Shown here: one piece after another, positions 1-9,017 of the stretch
How positions within the stretch are numbered: the stretch's first letter is position 1
Layout: every line of letters starts with the position of its first letter
Assembly (NCBI GenBank): GCA_964524065.1
Contig: CAZGCB010000001.1
Location: forward strand, 16,006 to 80,005
Origin: an uncultured Caulobacterales bacterium
GTDB lineage: Bacteria; Pseudomonadota; Alphaproteobacteria; Caulobacterales; Maricaulaceae
Direction of reading: 5' to 3'
DNA length: 64,000 bases
Program-made: the position numbers and the translations under genes
Notes under the pieces: generated by a model
Databases searched by the model: none
Told to the model about the DNA's origin: nothing
Seen by the model: the letters and a program-made list of their open reading frames with translations, nothing else

Positions 1-919
1 ACTGCGGCTCCGCAAAGATGCATGTCGCGCCCGCGCTGTCGATTTTTTCGCGGATTTCCTGGACACGCCGGGCGCTGGGTTGAATGCCAGGCGTTAGGGT
101 GATCGCGCCGGCGCTGCTCAGGTCAAACCGCGCCTCAAGATACTGATAGGCGTCGTGGAAAACCAAAAATGGCTTGTCTTGGACCGGGGCGAGCGTGTCG
201 CGAAGTTCAGCCATGAGCGCGTCGAGCCGGGCCGTCATGCCGGCGCCATTGTCTTGATAGGTTGGCGCATTCTCCGGATCGGCCTTGCTCAAGATGTTGA
301 CGATATGCGCCACCATTGCCTTCGCGTTTTCCGGGTCGAGCCAGATATGCATGTCCTTGTCGCCATGGGCGTGGCCGTGGGCGTCGTCCTGACCATGCTC
401 GGCGTCATGGCCATGGTCGTGCCCGTGGTCGTCGTCGTGCGCGTGTTTTTCGTTATCGGCGTCGTCATGGCCATGCTCGCCGCTGTGCGCATGTTCTTCA
501 CCGTGGTCATGCCCATGACCGTGATCGTGCTCCTCGCCATGCGCATGCGCCTCCCAATCGTCACCCGCGCGCACATCCATCAGCGCTAAGCCCGGGGCCT
601 CGGCCAGCGGAACAACCCGCGCACCGCCAGCGAGCGCTTCAAGCGGACGGGTCATAAACGTTTCCAGGTCTTCGCCGACCCAGAAAACAACGTCGGCACG
701 TTCCAAAGCCTGGGCATCAGACGGCTTGAGCGAGTAGGCGTGGGGACTTGCGCTGCCAGGCATCAGAAGATACGGCTCGGCGACACCGCGCGTGACCCCG
801 GCTACAAGCGAATGCACCGGCTTGATGGACACAGTAATTTCGGGTTGTGCTTTGGCACTCATGCTGGCAAGGGCAGCGAACGCCGAAAGCGTTACGGCAA
901 TGGCAGTTGACTTGAACAT
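1..919 (-). CDS. znuA: Zinc ABC transporter periplasmic substrate-binding protein ZnuA. The 3' end is cut by the window edge.
   Basis: Not in the ORF track because it runs off the window. My own translation from ATG at 919: MFKSTAIAVTLSAFAALASMSAKAQPEITVSIKPVHSL... (signal peptide). It has a long His/Asp/Glu-rich loop (HAHGEEHDHGHGHDHGEEHAHSGEHGHDD...HGHDHGHDAEHG, about nt 335-556), then DMHIWLDPENA and FLVFHDAYQYL, typical of ZnuA/TroA family proteins. Divergent from znuC. Confidence 0.85.
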   Translation of the reverse strand, partial: MFKSTAIAVTLSAFAALASMSAKAQPEITVSIKPVHSLVAGVTRGVAEPYLLMPGSASPHAYSLKPSDAQALERADVVFWVGEDLETFMTRPLEALAGGARVVPLAEAPGLALMDVRAGDDWEAHAHGEEHDHGHGHDHGEEHAHSGEHGHDDADNEKHAHDDDHGHDHGHDAEHGQDDAHGHAHGDKDMHIWLDPENAKAMVAHIVNILSKADPENAPTYQDNGAGMTARLDALMAELRDTLAPVQDKPFLVFHDAYQYLEARFDLSSAGAITLTPGIQPSARRVQEIREKIDSAGATCIFAEPQ

Positions 920-947
920 GCGTCCTCCATCGTCCAAATGCGGGATG

Positions 948-963
948 TTACCTTATAACGTAA
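948..963. promoter_or_regulatory. Candidate Zur box (imperfect 16-bp palindrome) in the znuA/znuC divergent intergenic region
   Basis: TTACCTTATAACGTAA matches its own reverse complement at 14 of 16 positions. It is AT-rich in a GC-rich background, lies between divergent zinc-uptake genes, and a zur gene sits in the same locus. Confidence 0.5.
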
Positions 964-1013
964 AGCATATCGCTGCGGGTCTGACAATCCCGTGTGCGGG
1001 GTAAGGCGCTGAC

Positions 1014-1856
1014 ATGCTCAACCTGTTGAAGACCAAAACGGTTGAAACCTCCGCTGACAGCGAAACGCGCCCGGAATCGGGAGCGCCGCTGGTCGAGGCC
1101 AAGAGCCTGTCGGTCTGCCGCAACGCCCGTTGGCTGATCCGCGATGTGAGCCTCAGCATCGCCCGTCAGGAGATCGTCACCCTGATCGGTCCGAATGGCG
1201 GCGGCAAATCGACGACGGCAAAGGCGATCCTAGGCTTAATGCGGATTGATCGCGGCCGGCTGTGGCGCGCGCCTGGCCTGCGCATCGGCTACGTGCCGCA
1301 GCATCTCAGTATCGACTGGACCTTTCCACTGACGGTGCACCGCCTGATGTCCCTCACCGGACGCCAAGCCGAGAAAGAGATTCGCGCCGCGCTGAAGGCG
1401 GTCGGCATCGAGCACCTGATCGGCGCGCCGGTTCAATCCCTTTCGGGCGGCGAATTTCAGCGGGCGCTGCTGGCCCGGGCAATTCTGCGCAAGCCGGACC
1501 TGCTCGTGCTGGATGAGCCTGTGCGCGGCATCGACTTCAGCGGCGAACTCGCCATGTATGATCTCATCGCGAGCGTGCGCCGCCGGCTGAACTGCGGCGT
1601 GCTGCTGATCTCCCACGATCTTCATGTCGTCATGGCCGAGAGTGATACCGTCCTGTGCCTGAACCAACACGTCTGTTGCTCGGGCACGCCGGATCACGTC
1701 GCGGCGCACTCGGCCTATCGCGAGCTGCTCGGACCGCGGGCGGCGCAGACGCTGGCGATCTACCGGCATCACCACGACCACGCGCACGCGCCAGACGGGT
1801 CCGTCGTGCCGCTGTCCCCGAGCGATGCGACCAAGGAACCAGAAGATGCTGGATGA
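1014..1856 (+). CDS. znuC: Zinc ABC transporter ATP-binding protein ZnuC
   Basis: Walker A GPNGGGKST, signature LSGGEFQR, Walker B LLVLDEP, His-rich tail YRHHHDHAHAP. Sits next to znuB and zur. Confidence 0.9.
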   Translation: MLNLLKTKTVETSADSETRPESGAPLVEAKSLSVCRNARWLIRDVSLSIARQEIVTLIGPNGGGKSTTAKAILGLMRIDRGRLWRAPGLRIGYVPQHLSIDWTFPLTVHRLMSLTGRQAEKEIRAALKAVGIEHLIGAPVQSLSGGEFQRALLARAILRKPDLLVLDEPVRGIDFSGELAMYDLIASVRRRLNCGVLLISHDLHVVMAESDTVLCLNQHVCCSGTPDHVAAHSAYRELLGPRAAQTLAIYRHHHDHAHAPDGSVVPLSPSDATKEPEDAG

Positions 1857-2676
1857 CTTCTTCACGCGCGCGCTGATCGCGGGCGCCGGCGTTGCCCTTG
1901 CGGCGGGGCCGCTGGGCTGCTTCATCGTCTGGCGGCGCATGGCCTATTTCGGCGACACCATCTCACACTCGGCGCTGCTGGGCGTCGCGCTCGGCTTTCT
2001 GGTGAACGTAAACCTGACGCTCGCCGTCTTCGCCGTCGCCGCGCTTGTCGCCATCGGCCTGATGGTCATGCAGCGGGCGAACACCCTGTCGAGCGACGCT
2101 ATCCTCGGCATCCTGTCGCATTCGACCCTGGCCATCGGGCTGGTGATCGTCGCCTTCATGACCTGGCTGCGCATTGATCTGATGGCCTATCTGTTCGGCG
2201 ATATCCTCGCGGTAACAACGCAGGATATCCTCATCATTTACGCGGGCGGGGCCGTGGCGGTGGCCGTGCTTGCGCTGATCTGGACCCGCTTGCTGGCCGA
2301 CACCGTCAGCTTCGATCTGGCGCGCGCGGAAGGCTTGCGCCCGGAGGCGGCGCGTTTCATTTTCATGTTGCTGGTGGCCGCTGTCGTCGCCATGACCATG
2401 AAAGTCGTCGGAATACTGCTGATTACCGCCTTGCTGATTATCCCCGGCGCGGCCGCGCGCAACTTTTCGACAACGCCTGAAGGCATGGCGGTCATCGCGG
2501 CGGGTATAGGCGTGGCGGGCGTGGTGACGGGACTGCATGGATCGCTATATTTTGACACGCCCGCCGGGCCGACCATCGTGGTTGCGGCGCTCGTACTATT
2601 CATTGCAAGCATGGGGCTGGGCGCGTTCATGCGCTGGCGGGACAGCCGCATGATGGAAGACCGAAATGCCGTCTGA
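1846..2676 (+). CDS. znuB: Zinc ABC transporter permease ZnuB
   Basis: Polytopic membrane protein of the ABC-3 family. I prefer the start MLDDFF at 1846 (AAGGA upstream) over the track start 1825. Overlaps the znuC stop. Confidence 0.9.
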   Translation: MLDDFFTRALIAGAGVALAAGPLGCFIVWRRMAYFGDTISHSALLGVALGFLVNVNLTLAVFAVAALVAIGLMVMQRANTLSSDAILGILSHSTLAIGLVIVAFMTWLRIDLMAYLFGDILAVTTQDILIIYAGGAVAVAVLALIWTRLLADTVSFDLARAEGLRPEAARFIFMLLVAAVVAMTMKVVGILLITALLIIPGAAARNFSTTPEGMAVIAAGIGVAGVVTGLHGSLYFDTPAGPTIVVAALVLFIASMGLGAFMRWRDSRMMEDRNAV

Positions 2677-3067
2677 GACGCCAAGACTCACGAAGAATCA
2701 AGCCGTTGTGTTCGACGCCCTGAAAAGCGGCCACACGCCAATGACAGCCTATGAGATTCTGGGCCTCGATGAGGTTCGCGCGGCCGGGCTGAAAGCGCCG
2801 CTCACGATCTATCGGGCGCTCGACAAACTGATCGAGGCCGGGTTGGTTCACCGTATCGAGACAATAAACGCGTTCGTAGCGTGCGAACGCCGTCCGCATC
2901 CTGGCCCGGCCGGTTTCGCAATCTGTGAGAAGTGCCGTAAAACCGTGGAGCTGGCGCTCACCGACTGCGAGCACCATCTCACCGAGACGGCGCGCCGCGC
3001 GGGCTTCCGCGTGGATACCATGAACGTCGAAATGCGCGGGCGCTGCGCCGATTGCCGGTCTTCTTAA
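2666..3067 (+). CDS. zur: Fur-family zinc uptake regulator Zur
   Basis: 133 aa. Winged-helix region TAYEILG...IYRALDKLIEAGLVHRIE, with C-terminal CEKC and CADC metal-site pairs. Overlaps the znuB end by 11 nt. Confidence 0.85.
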   Translation: MPSETPRLTKNQAVVFDALKSGHTPMTAYEILGLDEVRAAGLKAPLTIYRALDKLIEAGLVHRIETINAFVACERRPHPGPAGFAICEKCRKTVELALTDCEHHLTETARRAGFRVDTMNVEMRGRCADCRSS

Positions 3068-3108
3068 TTCCGCCGATGTTCTGATTTCGGCGGCGGGGAA
3101 CTCTACAA

Positions 3109-4011
3109 ATGACTGAAATGCCCGTGATCGCTGCGCGCGATCTGGTTAAGCGGTTCGGAGCGATCGAGGCCGTGCGCGGCATCTCGTTGGCGGTGGAGCG
3201 CGGGCGCTGCGTCGGGCTGCTCGGCCCAAACGGTGCGGGTAAGACCACGACAATGCGCATGATCGTCGGCCAATCGACCGTCACCGGGGGCGATCTGCGC
3301 GTGTTCGGCGAGCCGCCCTATCGCCTCAGCCGCGAGACCAAGGCGCGGATCGGCCTGGTGCCACAGTCCGACAACCTGGACCCGGACGTATCGGTCAGCG
3401 AGAACTTGGAAATCTATGGGCGTTACTTCGGCCTGTCAGAAGAGACAATCGCCGAGCGGGTTCCCAAGCTTCTTGCGTTTATGCGGCTGGAGGAAAAGGC
3501 CGATGCCCGCGTTATGCAGCTGTCCGGCGGCATGAAGCGCAGGCTTGTGATCGCCCGCGCGCTGATTGCCGAGCCGGAAGTGGTGATCCTCGACGAGCCG
3601 ACCACGGGCCTCGACCCGCAGGCGCGCGTAATGATCTGGAAACAGCTTCTCGCCCTGAAGGCGCGCGGCAAGACCATGCTGCTGACCACGCATTACATGG
3701 ACGAGGCACAGCGGCTCTGCGACCGGATCATCATCATCGACCACGGCGAAATCCTGGACGAAGGCACGCCGGACGAGCTGATCAGCCGTCACGTAAAAGG
3801 GCATGTCTACGAGATCGACAAGCCAGTGCCCGAGCCGCTTGCAAATGGCCGCTGGGACAGCGAAGACATCGGCGATTCGATCCTGATCTACGTCCAAAGG
3901 CAGGATGACATCCGCCCATCACTCACGGCCGAGACAAGCTATTATCATCGGCCGGCCAACTTGGAAGACGTCTTCCTTCGTCTCACCGGCCGGCAACTCC
4001 GGGAGACATGA
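3109..4011 (+). CDS. ABC-2 type exporter ATP-binding protein (NodI/DrrA-like)
   Basis: GPNGAGKTTT, LSGGMKRRL, VILDEPTTGLD. The overall sequence is strongly NodI-like. Confidence 0.85.
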   Translation: MTEMPVIAARDLVKRFGAIEAVRGISLAVERGRCVGLLGPNGAGKTTTMRMIVGQSTVTGGDLRVFGEPPYRLSRETKARIGLVPQSDNLDPDVSVSENLEIYGRYFGLSEETIAERVPKLLAFMRLEEKADARVMQLSGGMKRRLVIARALIAEPEVVILDEPTTGLDPQARVMIWKQLLALKARGKTMLLTTHYMDEAQRLCDRIIIIDHGEILDEGTPDELISRHVKGHVYEIDKPVPEPLANGRWDSEDIGDSILIYVQRQDDIRPSLTAETSYYHRPANLEDVFLRLTGRQLRET

Positions 4012-4796
4012 TGCAGGCGATCCGCGGCATCCATCCAAGCGGCGTCCTCGCCGTCACGCACCGTCAGTATATCGTCTGGCGCAAGCTGATCTGGTCCGCG
4101 CTGGCGACCAATGTCGCGAACCCGCTGCTCTTCCTGTTCGCCTTCGGGCTGGGCCTCGGGCAATTCGTCGAGCGGATGGGCGACCTGCCCTACCTTGCTT
4201 TCGTGGTGCCAGGCATTATGGCCTACGCCGCGATGTTCGCCGCCAGCTTCGAGACCACCATCGGGGCCTACACGCGCTACCAGCAGCAGGGCAACTGGGA
4301 CGCGATCATGGCCACGCCCGTCAGCTTGGCGGAACTGCTGCTAGGCGAGGTGCTGTGGGCGGCGCTGAAAGCGCTGTTGTCGGCGGTGTGCGTGCTGGCG
4401 GTCGGCTGGGTCTGGGGCGGCGTGCTATCGCTTGCGGGCGCGCTGATCGCGCTGCCATTGGTTTTTGCCGCCTCTCTGGGGTTCGCCTGCTTCGGGCTGG
4501 CCGCGACGGCCTATGCGCGCGGCTACGAGTATTTCAGTTATTTTTTCAGCTTCTGGATCACGCCGATGTTTGTGTTCTGCGGTGTGTTCTTTGATATCAG
4601 CCGGTTTCCCGCTGCGGTGCAGGTGATTTCCTGGCTCTTCCCGATGACGCATCTGATCGCCATCGTCCGCCCGCTGACCACCGGCGCGGCGCTCGATCCG
4701 TTTATGGTCATGTTGCATATTGCTTATCTGGCGGCAATTTCGAGCTTGGCTTTCTTTCTCGCCTACCGCGAAGCGCGGCGGCGCATGTTCGACTAA
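4008..4796 (+). CDS. ABC-2 type exporter permease (NodJ-like)
   Basis: 262-aa, six-TM-type hydrophobic protein. Its start overlaps the ATPase stop (ATGA coupling). Confidence 0.8.
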   Translation: MMQAIRGIHPSGVLAVTHRQYIVWRKLIWSALATNVANPLLFLFAFGLGLGQFVERMGDLPYLAFVVPGIMAYAAMFAASFETTIGAYTRYQQQGNWDAIMATPVSLAELLLGEVLWAALKALLSAVCVLAVGWVWGGVLSLAGALIALPLVFAASLGFACFGLAATAYARGYEYFSYFFSFWITPMFVFCGVFFDISRFPAAVQVISWLFPMTHLIAIVRPLTTGAALDPFMVMLHIAYLAAISSLAFFLAYREARRRMFD

Positions 4797-4863
4797 TGCA
4801 ATTTCCGGCACAGACGCTTGAATACAAGCGTGCTGCAAGCGTGGACCAAGTGTCTGTGTCGCT

Positions 4864-5652
4864 TCACTGGTCTAACTCGCGCATCGCGTAGACATCGCCG
4901 GAGTTGACCGAATGCGGCAGCGCGGCGATAACGTCGGTAATCTCGCGCGCGGAAAGCCATCGCCGATACTCCATCGCGAAGCTCTCGCCGAGCGAGAGGT
5001 TGTAGCGGTAGAGGCCCAGCGCCTCCAACCGGTCGATGCATCGAAAAGCCACGCGCCGCTGTATGGTCGTGAATTCGAATGACAGCGCCGGCAGAGCTTG
5101 GGACAAGCCTGCCAGCGCGACTGCTTCGAACCCTTCCACGTCAATCTTGACGAAATCCGGAGTGCCAAACCGGGCGATCAACACGTCCAGTGTTGTAGCC
5201 GGGACCGTGCGCATCTCCTCCCAACGCTGATCGCTCCAGCCTTGTGCCCCGCCGGCGGCGGCGACGAAATCAGGCGAGGCGGTCGAGACGGTCGGGTTGC
5301 GCAGATTGATATTAAGGACGACCTCGCCATCACGCTCGGCGACAGCAGCATTGACAAGCTGGACACCCGTCGATCCCGCGAATAGCCATTGCAGGCACTT
5401 GTAAGCCGCTGGCTGCGGCTCAACGGCGACCACATCGGCCCCAAGCGCGCGAAATGCCCGCACCCGGTCGCCGACATGCGCGCCGATGTCGAACACCAGC
5501 GCACCGCTGGGAATGAATTGCTGGTAAAACCGGCGCATTTCCCGCGCCCGGCTGAAACCCGCGTGGTATTGCCACAAGGAGCGGGAGATCCCTCCCCAAG
5601 TGCGAAGGCGGCGCGAAAGCCCGGTCAGCGTCATCGCCCGAGGCCACGTCAA
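4864..5652 (-). CDS. FkbM-family SAM-dependent methyltransferase
   Basis: VFDIGAHVGDRV glycine-rich SAM motif and DFVKIDVEGFE, both characteristic of the FkbM family. Its start overlaps the opgH stop by 4 nt. Confidence 0.75.
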   Translation of the reverse strand: MTWPRAMTLTGLSRRLRTWGGISRSLWQYHAGFSRAREMRRFYQQFIPSGALVFDIGAHVGDRVRAFRALGADVVAVEPQPAAYKCLQWLFAGSTGVQLVNAAVAERDGEVVLNINLRNPTVSTASPDFVAAAGGAQGWSDQRWEEMRTVPATTLDVLIARFGTPDFVKIDVEGFEAVALAGLSQALPALSFEFTTIQRRVAFRCIDRLEALGLYRYNLSLGESFAMEYRRWLSAREITDVIAALPHSVNSGDVYAMRELDQ

Positions 5653-7505
5653 CCCGCCGAGACAGCAGGCAAAGCTTCAGTCGCGGCATCGCCAGAGTCG
5701 GCCGGGAAGCTTGCGGCTGCGGGATCTTCGTGACGCAGTTCAACCGGAACATCCAGTTCTTCCGGGATGGCGCATGCCCCGGCATTCGCGAACCAGGCGC
5801 CCAACGTTGGCGACGCGGAAAGGACAGCCATCGGGACGGCCAGCAGCAGCCCCGTCACCATCGGCGATATCCATGGCAGCACCCCCGGCAGAAACGCTGC
5901 AAAAACTCCGAGCAGCATCGTGCCGAAGAGGGTCTGCGGCCATAGGCCGCGCAAGCCTGTTCGCCAAGTCAGCCTGTAGGCGTCCCGCGCCTGACCGCTC
6001 CAGCGCACCGATTGGCCAAGCAGCAAGCCGACCATGAAGATCGTCAAGGCGGTCGCAATGACGGGCGCCAGCAACAGCATAAACACAAGCTCGATAAAAA
6101 CACCCACGCTGAACCGGGACGCGCCACCATAACGCCGGAGCCCGCCGGAGCTCAAAACCGCATCGAGAGCGCCCATCAGTTTCGGCGTCAGGCTCATGAA
6201 GATCACGAAGGCCAGCAGCGTAATGCCAATCGTCGGATCAAACAGCTCCAGGCTCCCGGTGGAAGCCTTGATCGCAGCCAGCGTGACCATCAGAATCCAC
6301 GCCGCCGCACTGATATAGCCCATCGTGGCGATCACAAGCTGCACGCGGCTGGTGAATTTGAGGTTGGGCATGCGCAGCAGCTGAAAGTACTGCATGTTGC
6401 CCTGGCACCAGCGCATGTCGCGCTTGAGGAAATCCAGCAGGGTCGGCGGGTTGTCCTCCCAGCTTTCGCTCTCCACTGGCATCACGCGGACCTCATAGCC
6501 CGCACCGCGCATCATCGCCGCTTCCACTTGATCGTGGCTCAGGATATGGCCGCCCAGAGGTGGCCGGCCGCGGAGGATCGGCAGGTCGCAGTGCTCCTTA
6601 AACGGCGTCACGCGCACCAGCGCATTGTGCCCCCAGAACGGTCCGCAATCCCCCTGCCACCAAGCGCTGCCCATGGTGAATGAGCGCATGCCATGCCGCG
6701 CCCCGAACTGCAGGATGCGGGCGAAAGCGCTTTGTGACGGTGTGCCGACCATTAAACTTTGCAGGATGCCAAGCTTGGGCGCTGCCTCCATAATTCGCAC
6801 CATGCGCACGATCTCGCCGCCAGCCATCAGGCTGTCCGCGTCGAGCGGCAGCATTAGCTGATAGGTGTCGCCGAAGCGCTCGACGAAATCGCGCACATTG
6901 CCAGCCTTGAAGCCGACATTCTCATCGCGCCGGCGATATAAGATATGCTTAGCGTCACCGGTTTCGGCCTGCCAGGCGCTGACAAGCCGCTCTTCCTCTG
7001 CCGCAATGTCGGGTTTTGAGGTGTCGCTGAGGACGTAAAAGTCGAACAGGTGGCCGTAGCCCGTTGCGTCGAGGCTGCGTTGCACCTGTTTAAATTTGGC
7101 GAGGGCACGCTCCGGATCTTCGTTGCGCAGCGTCATCAGCACGGCGGTTCTCGCGATGATCGGCGCGCCGCTGTCCGCCGCGCGCAAGTAGGGGGCGACG
7201 GTTGTTGGCCAGCGCCGGTCGACGTGGAGGAGCCAGATACCGATGACTGCGTTCCAAAAACCGAGCACGGTCCACGGCGCCGACACCAAGAAACAGCCGA
7301 TCAGAGCGAGATCGAGCGCATCAAGCCCGTTCCCGGCGAGCAGATACGCCCACACCACCGTAAGGCCTATGACTGTCGTGCTGACCAGGGCAAACATGAT
7401 CGCACGCCTGCGCCCCAGAGTCCGCAAGCTTTGCAAGCCTGTCGGCGTGCGTGAGAAGGACGCGGCATTTTGTAAAGCGCCATGCGGCGTTGTGGATTCG
7501 ACCAT
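5649..7505 (-). CDS. opgH: Glucans biosynthesis glucosyltransferase OpgH/MdoH (GT2)
   Basis: YRRRDENVGFKAGNVRDF, PLDADS, GHNALVR, ILSHDQVEAAMMRGAGYEV, RDMRWCQGNMQ, flanked by TM segments. Confidence 0.9.
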   Translation of the reverse strand: MVESTTPHGALQNAASFSRTPTGLQSLRTLGRRRAIMFALVSTTVIGLTVVWAYLLAGNGLDALDLALIGCFLVSAPWTVLGFWNAVIGIWLLHVDRRWPTTVAPYLRAADSGAPIIARTAVLMTLRNEDPERALAKFKQVQRSLDATGYGHLFDFYVLSDTSKPDIAAEEERLVSAWQAETGDAKHILYRRRDENVGFKAGNVRDFVERFGDTYQLMLPLDADSLMAGGEIVRMVRIMEAAPKLGILQSLMVGTPSQSAFARILQFGARHGMRSFTMGSAWWQGDCGPFWGHNALVRVTPFKEHCDLPILRGRPPLGGHILSHDQVEAAMMRGAGYEVRVMPVESESWEDNPPTLLDFLKRDMRWCQGNMQYFQLLRMPNLKFTSRVQLVIATMGYISAAAWILMVTLAAIKASTGSLELFDPTIGITLLAFVIFMSLTPKLMGALDAVLSSGGLRRYGGASRFSVGVFIELVFMLLLAPVIATALTIFMVGLLLGQSVRWSGQARDAYRLTWRTGLRGLWPQTLFGTMLLGVFAAFLPGVLPWISPMVTGLLLAVPMAVLSASPTLGAWFANAGACAIPEELDVPVELRHEDPAAASFPADSGDAATEALPAVSAG

Positions 7506-7587
7506 AAATGGCTACACCCCTGATGAGATAGCGGTGGATGATTGCCCGCCGCTCACTGCGCGACAGACCATGGGATAACGGTGATGA

Positions 7588-8601
7588 ATGAACGCTGAAA
7601 CGCGACAAAACAAAGTGGTGCCCGCACGCGCGCTCTACTATGTTGCACCGCAACAGGCAACACTCATAGAAGAGCAGTTATTCGCCGATCATGACTCGGA
7701 TATGGCGCTCATCGCATTTCACACTCGGTTTACGGGGTTGAGCCGCGGAACGGAGCGCCTTGTTTTTCAGGGCAAATTGCCGCAATCGGAATGGCAGCGG
7801 ATGCGCGCGCCGCATCAGGGCGGAGACTTCCCGTTTCCAGTGAAATACGGATATTCAGCCGTCGGGGTCGTTCAGAAAGGCCCCGAATCGCTTGCTGGAC
7901 AAACGGTTTTCGGCCTGTTTCCGCATCAGGATCAAGTCGTTGCCCGCGCCGATGATGTCATTCCGCTGCCCGCGAATGTTCCGCCACGCCGGGCCATTCT
8001 CGGGGCCAACATGGAGACGGCGCTGAATGGGGTCTGGGATGCCGGCGTTACCGCAGGTCACGATGTTTTGATCATCGGCGCCGGCGTCGTTGGTGCGCTT
8101 TTGGGAGCAATCGCCTCACGCATGCCGGGTGTGCGCGTCGGGATGGTCGATGTGAGGCCGGAGCGCGCAGACCTCGCCCGAACGCTTGGCACGGATTTTT
8201 TTGCGCCGCAGGACGCGCCCGCTGGAGCGGATATTATCTTTCATACCAGCGCCACAGAGGCCGGGCTGAAATTGGCGCTCAAATGTGCGGCGTTCGAAGG
8301 CCGCATCATCGAGATGAGCTGGTTCGGCGACCGCGCCGTGACATTGCCGCTCGGCCAGGATTTTCACAGTCAGCGGCTGCAGCTAATCTCCTCGCAGGTG
8401 GGCCATGTCGCACCGTCTCACCGCGCACGGTGGAGCCGTAGGCGACGGCTGGAAACGGCGCTCGCTCTGCTGGAGGACCCGCGGCTCGATGCGCTTATTA
8501 CAGAGGAAGTGGCTTTCGATGATCTGCCCCGCGAACTCCCGCGTTTGCTTTCACCGGACGCGCCGGGGCTCGCCACTGCAATACGCTACACGCAAGCCTG
8601 A
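7588..8601 (+). CDS. MDR-superfamily (zinc-type alcohol dehydrogenase-like) oxidoreductase that appears to lack the catalytic Zn ligands
   Basis: Rossmann motif IIGAGVVGALLG. The region equivalent to the GHE motif reads KYGYSAVGVV. First gene of a four-gene chain. Confidence 0.7.
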   Translation: MNAETRQNKVVPARALYYVAPQQATLIEEQLFADHDSDMALIAFHTRFTGLSRGTERLVFQGKLPQSEWQRMRAPHQGGDFPFPVKYGYSAVGVVQKGPESLAGQTVFGLFPHQDQVVARADDVIPLPANVPPRRAILGANMETALNGVWDAGVTAGHDVLIIGAGVVGALLGAIASRMPGVRVGMVDVRPERADLARTLGTDFFAPQDAPAGADIIFHTSATEAGLKLALKCAAFEGRIIEMSWFGDRAVTLPLGQDFHSQRLQLISSQVGHVAPSHRARWSRRRRLETALALLEDPRLDALITEEVAFDDLPRELPRLLSPDAPGLATAIRYTQA

Positions 8602-8612
8602 GAGAAAACACG

Positions 8613-9017
8613 ATGTATTCTGTTGAAGTCAGCGATCACATTATGGTCGCGCATAGCCTGAACAATCCGTTCTTCGGCCCGGCCCAGAACCTGCATGGCG
8701 CAACCTTCGTGGTGACAGTCGCCTTTTTCCGAGAAACGCTGACCGCGAACAACGTTGTCGTGGACATCGGCCAGGCGCTGGAGGTGCTCAGCGAAGTGCT
8801 GAAGCCGTTGCACTATGCCAATCTCGACGACAAGCCGGAATTCTCCGGTCAGCTCACCACCACGGAATTTCTCTGCCGGCATATCTTCGACCGCTTCTCA
8901 GATGCTGTCCGCGACGGGCGTTTAGGCGACGGCGCCGAAGGATTGGAGCGCATCCGCGTGACACTGCAGGAGACGCCAACCGCCGCCGCAAGCTTTGAAG
9001 GGCGACCCGGCGCGTGA
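8613..9017 (+). CDS. 6-pyruvoyl-tetrahydropterin synthase / QueD-like (COG0720) protein, with a divergent active site
   Basis: 134 aa. The VAHSL ... NLHGATF ... PLHYANLDD pattern parallels QueD AAHRL ... CGRLHGHSF ... LDHHYLND. Confidence 0.75.
   Translation: MYSVEVSDHIMVAHSLNNPFFGPAQNLHGATFVVTVAFFRETLTANNVVVDIGQALEVLSEVLKPLHYANLDDKPEFSGQLTTTEFLCRHIFDRFSDAVRDGRLGDGAEGLERIRVTLQETPTAAASFEGRPGA

Noticed and set aside
155-589. 144-aa hydrophobic plus-strand ORF (VVVMAM... repeats) that looks like a membrane protein
   Set aside because: It is the reverse-complement reading of the His/Asp-rich ZnuA loop: CAT/GTC/GTG codons read backwards give Met/Asp/His to Val/Met runs. It is not an independent gene.
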